From positions 2,329 through 66,328 of the forward strand of contig JAMOBD010000006.1 of assembly GCA_039908345.1 (NCBI GenBank): DNA of 64,000 nucleotides. The letters are read 5' to 3'. The translations under genes and the position numbers were made by a program. Of this stretch, positions 9,042-16,567 are shown piece by piece (the stretch's first letter is position 1; each line of letters begins with the position of its first letter). The stretch is from Magnetospirillum sp. WYHS-4 (lineage in GTDB: Bacteria > Pseudomonadota > Alphaproteobacteria > Rhodospirillales > GLO-3). Below the pieces are notes generated by a model. It ran no database searches. It had not been told where the DNA came from and worked only from the letters and a program-made list of their open reading frames with translations.

Positions 9042-10535
9042 TCAGGCGGCCGGCAGAGTAAGGAAGAAGGTACTGCCCTCCCCTTCCCGGCTTTCCACCC
9101 AGATGCGGCCCCCGTGGCGGTCGACGATGCGGCGGCAGACCGCCAGGCCGATGCCGGTGCCCGGATAGGCCGACCGGGCATGCAACCGCTGGAAGATTTG
9201 GAATATCCGGTCATAGGCGTCGGCGGGAATGCCGATACCGTTGTCGCGAATGGCAACACGCCAGAACCGGCCGTCGCGCACGGCTTCGATCCGCACCACC
9301 GGCGGCCGGTCGAGAGCCCGGTACTTCACCGCGTTGCCGATCAGGTTCTGCAGCAAGCGGACAAGCAAGGGCCCGTATCCGATCACCTCGGGCAGGGGAT
9401 CGTGCACAACCCGGGCCCCCGCCTCTTTGATGGCGACGGTAAGGTTGACCAGGGCTTCTTCCAGGGCTTCCTCCAGAGCGACCGGAACGAAGGTCACCTG
9501 GGCGCGGTCGACGCGGGAATATTCCAACAGATCGTTTATCATGGCCTGCAACCGGGTGGCGCCGTCCATCAGGTAGCCCATGAACTCCTTGCCGTCGGCG
9601 TCGAGTTGGCCGCCCAGTCGCTTTTCCAACAGGGCGGCGTAGCTGGAGATCATACGCAACGGCTCGCGCAGGTCGTGGGAGGCCACGTAGGCGAAATGCT
9701 CCAGTTCCTGGTTGGAGCGACGTAGTTCGGCGGTACGGGCCGCCACGATGGCTTCCTGTTCGGCCTTGGCGGCGGACAGCGCCAGCCAGTGGCGCCGCTG
9801 GCGCCACACGAAGAGCGCCGTCCCCAGGGAAGCGAGCAGGAACATGGCAAGATGAAGGACCATGGTTTGTTGCCGTTGGGCCTCCATGGGCTTGAGAATG
9901 GAGGCGGCGGGAATGGTGACGCTGATCCCGCCACGCACGTCGCCCACCTTGTAGCCCTGCTTGGCATGGCATTTCAGGCAAGGTTCGCGTACCGGCAAGG
10001 CGGCCATGTAGCGAAAGACCGGCGGCTGTTCGGACAGATATTCCAGGACTTCCCGTTCCCCGGCATCGAAGCGCCGCAAAGCCTGGGTTTCCCAGGAATC
10101 GGCCTGATTGGCCGGACGGATCGGGTTCAGGCTGGTGATGTGGAAGGTAACGTCCTGGCGCTTCTGCACCAGTTCGGCGATCTGGCGCGTCATGTAGGCC
10201 GGGTTCAACAGCGTGAACCGCCGTCCCAACGCCTCGAAGTCGCGATCCGGCACGTCCAGGTAAGGATTGGGCGGCGTCTCGTCGGTCGCCACAGCGTAGA
10301 CTCCGCCGTGGCGCGCGTTCCACAGGCGCGTCGTTTCGATCATGTCGAACAGCATGCGCGACCGGTTGCCCGCGGTTTCCATGGCCTGCCGCCGCAGGAT
10401 GCCGAAGTCGTGCAACAAGGAAACGCCGACCACCAAGGCCCAGGCGAGAGACGTCGCCAGGTAGATGAACAGTGGCCTCTGGACCCACCACATGGGACGG
10501 TTCACCCAAGAACTCGCCCCCCCGAAAGGGACCAT
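9042..10535 (-). CDS. sensor histidine kinase with a periplasmic CXXCH (heme-c, DUF3365/Tll0287-like) sensor domain
   Basis: ORF 9042..10700. Two hydrophobic helices flank a domain containing CLKCH. H-box FAYVASHDLREPL and ATPase motifs GTGIGLAVCRRIV. Start uncertain (ATG 10535 or 10493). Confidence 0.8.
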   Translation of the reverse strand: MVPFGGASSWVNRPMWWVQRPLFIYLATSLAWALVVGVSLLHDFGILRRQAMETAGNRSRMLFDMIETTRLWNARHGGVYAVATDETPPNPYLDVPDRDFEALGRRFTLLNPAYMTRQIAELVQKRQDVTFHITSLNPIRPANQADSWETQALRRFDAGEREVLEYLSEQPPVFRYMAALPVREPCLKCHAKQGYKVGDVRGGISVTIPAASILKPMEAQRQQTMVLHLAMFLLASLGTALFVWRQRRHWLALSAAKAEQEAIVAARTAELRRSNQELEHFAYVASHDLREPLRMISSYAALLEKRLGGQLDADGKEFMGYLMDGATRLQAMINDLLEYSRVDRAQVTFVPVALEEALEEALVNLTVAIKEAGARVVHDPLPEVIGYGPLLVRLLQNLIGNAVKYRALDRPPVVRIEAVRDGRFWRVAIRDNGIGIPADAYDRIFQIFQRLHARSAYPGTGIGLAVCRRIVDRHGGRIWVESREGEGSTFFLTLPAA

Positions 10536-10625
10536 ACCTTCACGGGACGACCCAAGCAATGGTTTGTCATTCGAACCAATCGCGATTACAATGCGGCGGG
10601 AAGAAGGAGAGAAGGAATCCGCGCG

Positions 10626-11141
10626 ATGTCCTCCTTCGATGGGGTAAGCGCCTTTACGGGCTATGTGTCCGGCACCTATATGACCGTGTCCGAATTCCAA
10701 CCGGTGCCGAGTTGGGAAGGGCAGGCTGTACCCGTTGCTTCCAAGCGCGTCATCGAGGATACCGTCACCTTGAGCGACAAGGCCCAGTCCTACCTGGAGC
10801 AGAAGGCACGTGCCGGAACGGCGGAAGGCAAAGCCACGCCCTTTCGCAATCCCGACCCGGCGAACTTGGTGGGCGCCGATATGTCGGGCAAGGATTTCTC
10901 GGGCGTCGATTTGACGCGGGCTTTCCTATATCGGGCGAACCTAGCCAATGCGGATTTCTCCAAGGCGACACTCAAGGACGCCTGGATATCCGAATCCGAT
11001 GTGGCGGGAGCCAATTTCGAGGGCGCCGACCTGCGGGGAGCGAATCTGGCCAAGACCAAGAACCTGACCCGCGACCAGCTCAAGGATGCCCTGGTCGACC
11101 TTTCCACCATCCTGCCCTTCGCCCTGCGCCTGGAACGCTGA
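10626..11141 (+). CDS. pentapeptide-repeat protein
   Basis: 3' part of ORF 9789..11141. ATG 10626 preceded by GAAGGAGAGAAGGAA. Repeats such as ADMSGKDFSGVDLTRAFLYRANLANADFSKATL. Confidence 0.75.
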   Translation: MSSFDGVSAFTGYVSGTYMTVSEFQPVPSWEGQAVPVASKRVIEDTVTLSDKAQSYLEQKARAGTAEGKATPFRNPDPANLVGADMSGKDFSGVDLTRAFLYRANLANADFSKATLKDAWISESDVAGANFEGADLRGANLAKTKNLTRDQLKDALVDLSTILPFALRLER

Positions 11142-11144
11142 AGG

Positions 11145-12248
11145 CTAATCCTCCCGCGAGGCGCCGGCCCGGCCCAGGCTATGGCGATCGATAGCGACCG
11201 CCTTGACCAGGGCATGCACCGCCATGCCTTCCTTCAGGTCCAGGTCGACCAGGGATCTGCGGGTGATGCGGGCGATCAGCGGCGCGCCGATGTCGAGCAG
11301 CACGTCCACCTGGGGCGCCTGGCTGTCCTCGATCCGTGCCACGCGGCCGGGAAAGACGTTGAGCACGCTGGTGCGCACCGGCCGCTCCATGGCGATGGTC
11401 ACGTCACGGGCCCGTATCCGCACCCTGAGGCTCCGTCCCTCTTCCAAATCCAGGCGCGCGACCCGCAGGATGTGCGGGCCGAAAGCCAGCGCGGTGAGGC
11501 CGAACTCGGCGTCGTGGGCGACCACCCGGGCGGAGATCACCGCCCCGGCCTCGTGGCGGCCGGTGACCGGATGAAGGTCGAGGCGGCACATCAATTCCTC
11601 CACTCCGCCCACCGCCGCCACCCTGCCCTCCGACAGAAGCACCAGGGTATCGGCCAAGCGGATGACCTCCTCGATGGCATGGCTGACATAAAGAATGGGG
11701 ATGCCCGCCTCGTCTCGCAGGCGCTCGACGAGCGGCAGGATTTCCGCCTTGCGCGGCGCGTCGAGGGAGGCCAGGGGTTCGTCCATCAGCAGGAGGCGCG
11801 GATGGGCCAGCACCGCCCGCCCGATGGCCACCCGTTGCGCCTCACCGCCCGACAAACGGTCCGGATGGCGCTCCAACATGGAGCCCAACCCCAGGATATC
11901 GACCACCTTGTCGAAGCCGATGCCCGGCGCTGCGGCGCGGCGGCGGGTCCCGTAGGTCAGGTTGGCCCTGACCGTAAGGTGGGGAAACAGACTGGGCTCC
12001 TGGAACACGTAGCCCACGGGCCGGCGATGGGGAGGCAGGAAGGTGGTTTCGTCCTGCCAGACATCGCCGTCCACCACCAGACGGCTCCCCGGCAGGCGCA
12101 CCAAGCCGGCCAGGCAGCGCAGTACCGTGGTCTTGCCGCTTCCCGAGGCGCCGAACAGGGCGGTGACGGCACGCACCGAAGCATCGAAGGCCACGTCGAG
12201 GGTAAAGGTTCCAAGGGTACCGGAAAGGTGAACGGAAAGGCGGCTCAT
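11145..12248 (-). CDS. modC: molybdate ABC transporter ATP-binding protein ModC
   Basis: ORF 11145..12350 trimmed to MSRLSVHL (ATGA overlap with the modB stop). Walker [10 protein letters not shown], signature LSGGEAQRV, and a C-terminal Mop/TOBE-like domain. Confidence 0.9.
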   Translation of the reverse strand: MSRLSVHLSGTLGTFTLDVAFDASVRAVTALFGASGSGKTTVLRCLAGLVRLPGSRLVVDGDVWQDETTFLPPHRRPVGYVFQEPSLFPHLTVRANLTYGTRRRAAAPGIGFDKVVDILGLGSMLERHPDRLSGGEAQRVAIGRAVLAHPRLLLMDEPLASLDAPRKAEILPLVERLRDEAGIPILYVSHAIEEVIRLADTLVLLSEGRVAAVGGVEELMCRLDLHPVTGRHEAGAVISARVVAHDAEFGLTALAFGPHILRVARLDLEEGRSLRVRIRARDVTIAMERPVRTSVLNVFPGRVARIEDSQAPQVDVLLDIGAPLIARITRRSLVDLDLKEGMAVHALVKAVAIDRHSLGRAGASRED

Positions 12249-12910
12249 GGCTTCCACCGCCGCATCCGCTTCTCGGCCAGCATCATGGAGAGGATGACCA
12301 GGAAGGAGAAGACCACCATGCCGCCCGCCAGCACGTGGGCCTGGGCCCATTCCAAGGATTCGACGTGGTCGTAGATGGCGACCGACAGCACCTTGGTCTC
12401 GCCGGGGATATTGCCGCCGATCATCAGCACCACGCCGAACTCGCCCACCGTATGGGCGAAACCCAGGATGGCGCCGGTCAGAAATCCCGGCCGGGCCAAC
12501 GGCAGGGCTACGGTGACGAAGGCGTCAAGGGGCCGGGCGCCCAGGGTGGCGGCCACTTCCAAAGGCCGTTCCCCAAGGGCTTCGAAGGCGTTGCGGATCG
12601 GCTGCACCACGAAAGGCAGGGAATAGATCACCGAACCCACCACCAATCCTTCGAAAGTGAAGGGCAGAGACCGGCCACCCAGCGCCTTGATCAGGCCATC
12701 GAGGGGTCCGGCCGGTCCCAGCGCGAGCAGCAGGTAGAATCCGAGAACGGTGGGCGGCAGAACCAGCGGCAAGGCTACGACCGCCGCCGCCCCCTCCTTC
12801 CACCAGGCGCGCGAACGGGCCAGCCACCAAGCCAGCGGCGTCCCCAGAACCAGCAGGATGACCGTGGTCGCCGCTGCCAGCTTCAGGGTCAGCCAAACCG
12901 GTTCCCACAA
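12245..12910 (-). CDS. modB: molybdate ABC transporter permease ModB
   Basis: 3' part of ORF 12245..13192. TTG start at 12910 behind GGAAGGA. Permease EAA-like motif [16 protein letters not shown]. Confidence 0.85.
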   Translation of the reverse strand: MWEPVWLTLKLAAATTVILLVLGTPLAWWLARSRAWWKEGAAAVVALPLVLPPTVLGFYLLLALGPAGPLDGLIKALGGRSLPFTFEGLVVGSVIYSLPFVVQPIRNAFEALGERPLEVAATLGARPLDAFVTVALPLARPGFLTGAILGFAHTVGEFGVVLMIGGNIPGETKVLSVAIYDHVESLEWAQAHVLAGGMVVFSFLVILSMMLAEKRMRRWKP

Positions 12911-12932
12911 GGCCTTGTTCCTTCCGCCCGTT

Positions 12933-13673
12933 CTATTCGGCAGCGTAGCCGAACTTGCTGACGATCGCCAAGGCCTCGGGGGTCTTGAGGAAGGCGAGCA
13001 AGGCCTTGGCCGCGGGATTGGCTGCGCCGGGCCTGAGCATGACGGCCTGCTGGACGATGGGGCGGTAAAGGTGGTCCGGGACCGGCCATCGGGACCCCGA
13101 ACCGTCCAGCACCACCTGGGCCAGGGCGACGAATCCCAGGTCGGCGGCGCCGGTGGCCACGAACTGGTGGGCCTGGGCGATGCTGTCGCCATAGACCAGT
13201 TTGGCCTCGATGCCCGGCATCAGACCCAGGTTGCCGAGTACGTCCAACGCTGCCGCCCCGTAGGGCGCGGTCTTCGGGTTGGCGATGGATAGCTTGTTGA
13301 ATCCGCCGCCGCGCAGCACCTCGCCCCTGCCATCGACCAAGCCGGGCTTGGCGCTCCACAGGACCAATTTGCCCACCGCATAGGTGAAGCGGGTTCCGGC
13401 GATGGCCAAGCCCTCCGCCTCCGCCCTGGCCGGATGTTCGGCATCGGCGGCCAGGAAGACCTCGAAGGGCGCCCCGTTCGCCAGTTGGACGTAGAACTTG
13501 CCGGTGGACCCGAAGCTGAGGCTCGCCTTGTGCCCGCTGGCACGTTCGAAGGCGATGGCGATCTCCTTCATCGGGGCGGTGAAGTTGGCGGCGACGGCCG
13601 CCTTGACCTCGGCGGCGCGGGCGGGCACGACGGCTAGGCCCAAGGCAACCGCGGACAAGAAAAGAATCTTCAC
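12933..13673 (-). CDS. modA: molybdate ABC transporter substrate-binding protein ModA
   Basis: ORF 12933..13673. Signal peptide [20 protein letters not shown]. ModA-type sequence ([21 protein letters not shown]). Confidence 0.9.
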   Translation of the reverse strand: MKILFLSAVALGLAVVPARAAEVKAAVAANFTAPMKEIAIAFERASGHKASLSFGSTGKFYVQLANGAPFEVFLAADAEHPARAEAEGLAIAGTRFTYAVGKLVLWSAKPGLVDGRGEVLRGGGFNKLSIANPKTAPYGAAALDVLGNLGLMPGIEAKLVYGDSIAQAHQFVATGAADLGFVALAQVVLDGSGSRWPVPDHLYRPIVQQAVMLRPGAANPAAKALLAFLKTPEALAIVSKFGYAAE

Positions 13674-13707
13674 GGCGATACCCTCCCGGCTGACTTATGT
13701 CCGATGG

Positions 13708-13735
13708 AACTTAAGTGTATTTGGATATAAGTCAA
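13708..13735 (-). promoter_or_regulatory. candidate modABC promoter (TTGACT-N16-TAAGTT) with an overlapping TATAT-containing possible Mo-box
   Basis: Read on the minus strand between the modE-like gene and modA. A GACTTAT...ATAAGTC inverted repeat flanks it. Confidence 0.35.
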
Positions 13736-13746
13736 GACGGGAACGA

Positions 13747-14187
13747 TCAGCCATTCTCTTCGCGCCAGTCGGAGCGCCAGCGGGCCTTGCCATGGACGCG
13801 CTCGGCCTCGCCGGACCGGTCTTCCAGGTCCGGAGCGAGAAGGTCGCCCAGAGCCGTCAGTTCGACAGCCACCAGGGCTTCGGTCTTGGCAAGGATCTCC
13901 CGATAGACGTCGACTATCCGCTGTCCGGTAGGAGTCAGACGGGCCCCCCCGCCTCTGGCACCGCCGAACTGGGTATCGGCCACCGGCAGGGCGAACGCAC
14001 GGTTCATCTCGTCGACCAGCATCCAGGCGCGGCGATAGGACATACCGGATCGCTTCGCCGCCTTGGAGATCGATCCCGTTTCCCCAATCCCTTCCAGCAA
14101 CTCGATCTTCCCCGGCCCCAGGGCGGAGAAAGAACAGAGCTTGATGCGCAACTTCACCGACCGGCCGGGTCCTTTCTTGCGGGTCAT
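13747..14187 (-). CDS. ModE N-terminal-like winged-helix (molybdenum-responsive) transcriptional regulator
   Basis: ORF 13747..14187. GSISKAAKRSGMSYRRAWMLVDEMN is typical of the ModE/LysR-type HTH. Lies directly upstream of modABC. Confidence 0.75.
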   Translation of the reverse strand: MTRKKGPGRSVKLRIKLCSFSALGPGKIELLEGIGETGSISKAAKRSGMSYRRAWMLVDEMNRAFALPVADTQFGGARGGGARLTPTGQRIVDVYREILAKTEALVAVELTALGDLLAPDLEDRSGEAERVHGKARWRSDWREENG

Positions 14188-14302
14188 CGTTCCTCGCCTA
14201 TCATCGGGGAATCATACCGTCGCAGGCCGGAGATGCAAGCCGGCAAGGGGTTGTTAACGATCTTCTGGCAGGCTGGCGGGTAACCTGAGGAAAGACCGCC
14301 CC

Positions 14303-14668
14303 ATGAAAAGCCAGATCGTCTACAAGGACCACCGCCGCAAGGACATGCGAATCCCGACGCCGGAACTGGCCCTGCTGGTCGACGGGCGGATCTGGCGCAC
14401 GTTGGACTGGAGTCTCGGCGGCTTCCTGCTGCGCCACTACCGTGGCCACCTGAAGGCCGGCGACCGCTTCGAAGTGCGAGGCATCGGGGGCATCGGCGGC
14501 GCTCTGGCCCCCGTCTTCCTGCGCGCCCGGGTCGTGCGGGTGGAACGGGGCGGCCGCTTGGCGGCCCAGTTCCTCGGACTATCCGAGGCTGGGTTCGAGA
14601 CCTTGGAAAGCCTGATGATCCACCGCGCGACGCTACACCACCAACCCGCCCATCACGCCATTCCATAG
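14303..14668 (+). CDS. PilZ-domain (c-di-GMP-binding) protein
   Basis: ORF 14303..14668. RRxxxR (RRKDMR) and DxSxxG (DWSLGG) motifs. Confidence 0.75.
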   Translation: MKSQIVYKDHRRKDMRIPTPELALLVDGRIWRTLDWSLGGFLLRHYRGHLKAGDRFEVRGIGGIGGALAPVFLRARVVRVERGGRLAAQFLGLSEAGFETLESLMIHRATLHHQPAHHAIP

Positions 14669-14680
14669 GCAGGCCGGGAA

Positions 14681-14709
14681 AGCGCCGGCTGCGACGGGAA
14701 TCCGGCGCT
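14681..14709. terminator. GC hairpin between convergent PilZ and cyclase genes (possible bidirectional terminator)
   Basis: AGCGCCGG-N13-CCGGCGCT. No clear U-tract. Confidence 0.3.
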
Positions 14710-14717
14710 GGGGTGCC

Positions 14718-16040
14718 TTAGGAAGCCGATCCGTGGTTGCAGTCGTTGGCTTTGCGGCAGCCGTCGCAAATGCGGGCCACTTCGTCGATATCGGGTGCCA
14801 GAGGACAAGGCAATTTGGTCAAGCGCCAAATCCTGACCTCCGAGTCCTCGGCGATATCCTTGCTTGCATAAGGAACCTTTTCGCCCCCGATATCGCAGGC
14901 GCGAAGGTCCTTGGCGAGTTCGTGATAGGCATTGCCCGACATCTGGATGATTCCGGCCTTGGCGGAATCGGACAGGCGGCAGGCCTCCACCACCCCGCGG
15001 CCGACGACAATGGGATTTTGCGTATGGTCGAGCCGCCAGTGGGCATCGGCGACGGAAATTCCGACGCCAGCCCCGAAGTCGGCGCGGTCATGATGGAGAA
15101 ACTCCCGCAGATCCTTCAGCAGGCACTCGACCGCCGCGATCAGGGCGCCGGCGCAGCGGACCGCCACCGTCACCGGGCTCTCCTTCTTGAGTTCCCTGAC
15201 TTCCTCGTCCAGGAAATGGACGATGATGCCGTCCCCGGTGAACTTGTCGAACACCCCAAGGTTCTGCCGGACGATGGTCGACAGGACCGTCAGCAACACA
15301 TCCATCCAGCAGGCGAAATGCTTGGGACTGTCGGCTTCCCGCATGGCGAAGGTCGATTTGCGCAGGTCGAGGGTCAGAGTGACGGTGCGGCGGCGCCCGT
15401 TCCAGGGCGGCAACAGGCGCCGTATCCCTTCCCGAGCCTTGCCGACATGGAGACTTTCGGAATCCCAATACCTGCGGGAAATCTCCGGCGCGAACCCCCG
15501 ATAGACGTTGCAGCGCTGGCGCATGGCCTCGATCAGAATCTCGGCGATGGTTACCCATTCCTGATAGTCGGTCTTGCTAAATGCTGCAGCCAAATCCAGT
15601 TCAGGAGCGCTCGTCGAAGGCAATTCATCGTATTTTGTGCCTTTCAACATAAACACCACGAATGCCTTGTCAGCGCGGCTACTCTGTGGCCACACGACAA
15701 CCATCTTGACACCGGAACCGCACGCCGAGCTTGTTATTGCCCGAATTTCATGGACATCCGTCTGCGGTACATTTTGCGAGGCGACTCGAACCGCAGCATC
15801 AAATATAGAAACAATTTTGTCCTTATATTTAATGCGAAACGCAGAGCGCAACGATATGAAGCTGTAACTCCACCATGGCAACCAAACTGAGATTCCGTCT
15901 ACATTGAAGGTTCCTAGGATGCTCCTGATGGCGCGAGACAGATTAATGTCGACATCTGTTGTGTGCCCAATCTGTCCCGTAAGCGTAGACACAATAACAG
16001 GTACGGTCTTCAGGCAATTATTTTGGTTAATGCGTGTCAT
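14718..16040 (-). CDS. class III nucleotidyl-cyclase-domain protein with an unknown ~220-aa N-terminal domain
   Basis: ORF 14718..16052 trimmed to ATG 16040 (ATGA overlap with the REC gene stop). C-terminal half has LTLDLRKSTF, FDKFTGDGIIVHF, GAGVGISVADAHW and VVGRGVVEACRLSDSAKAGIIQMS, matching the cyclase homology domain layout. Confidence 0.75.
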   Translation of the reverse strand: MTRINQNNCLKTVPVIVSTLTGQIGHTTDVDINLSRAIRSILGTFNVDGISVWLPWWSYSFISLRSAFRIKYKDKIVSIFDAAVRVASQNVPQTDVHEIRAITSSACGSGVKMVVVWPQSSRADKAFVVFMLKGTKYDELPSTSAPELDLAAAFSKTDYQEWVTIAEILIEAMRQRCNVYRGFAPEISRRYWDSESLHVGKAREGIRRLLPPWNGRRRTVTLTLDLRKSTFAMREADSPKHFACWMDVLLTVLSTIVRQNLGVFDKFTGDGIIVHFLDEEVRELKKESPVTVAVRCAGALIAAVECLLKDLREFLHHDRADFGAGVGISVADAHWRLDHTQNPIVVGRGVVEACRLSDSAKAGIIQMSGNAYHELAKDLRACDIGGEKVPYASKDIAEDSEVRIWRLTKLPCPLAPDIDEVARICDGCRKANDCNHGSAS

Positions 16041-16567
16041 ATTTTCACACAAGACACTATGAAATCTATAGAATTGGCAATTCTTGCAACAAAGCTAACG
16101 ATATTCACGGGTTTATGAAAAATATTGTCGCTTTTTATTTCTTGAACAACCACATCAGGGAGATCTTGAGGATATGCCGTCAGAAAGAAAATTTGATGCG
16201 TTGGTCGATCCTTAATTCCCTGCAAGACATTGATGCCAACCGGCTCCATGCCATTTTCTGTCTGACGGAACAGGTCCAGGATGATCAGCGCCGGCGCCCC
16301 ATCGAGCTTCTCCACCTCCATGGTAAAGTTCTCAGTCTTTTCGAGAATCCGGTAACCGATTCGAATCTTCTGGCCGTAGCGTTCGAGCGTCAGGTCGGCG
16401 CTCAGGTCATCATCGGCTTCCCGAAGGGCATCGTCGTCATCCAGCAAGGACGGATCTTCCGCACAGTAATGGTCATAAAGGGCAGCGGGGATCCAGGAGA
16501 CGACCTCCGGCTCGTCCTCGTAATGCAACACCATGACTTGGATCGGGGAAGGGGAGGTTTCGGTCAT
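16037..16567 (-). CDS. stand-alone response-regulator receiver (REC) protein with an acidic insertion
   Basis: ORF 16037..16567. VMVLHYEDEP (acidic pair), ALIILDL (phospho-acceptor Asp), IFFLTAY (Thr) and FHKP (Lys) match CheY-type REC landmarks. ATGA overlaps on both sides. Confidence 0.7.
   Translation of the reverse strand: MTETSPSPIQVMVLHYEDEPEVVSWIPAALYDHYCAEDPSLLDDDDALREADDDLSADLTLERYGQKIRIGYRILEKTENFTMEVEKLDGAPALIILDLFRQTENGMEPVGINVLQGIKDRPTHQIFFLTAYPQDLPDVVVQEIKSDNIFHKPVNIVSFVARIANSIDFIVSCVKI

Noticed and set aside
6370-9168. 932-aa ORF on the + strand (also 6701..8449 and others) overlapping pyruvate carboxylase
   Set aside because: It is antisense to or out of frame with a gene with unmistakable homology. 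The translation is low-complexity and Arg/Gly/Ala/His-rich, as expected for shadow ORFs in GC-rich DNA.
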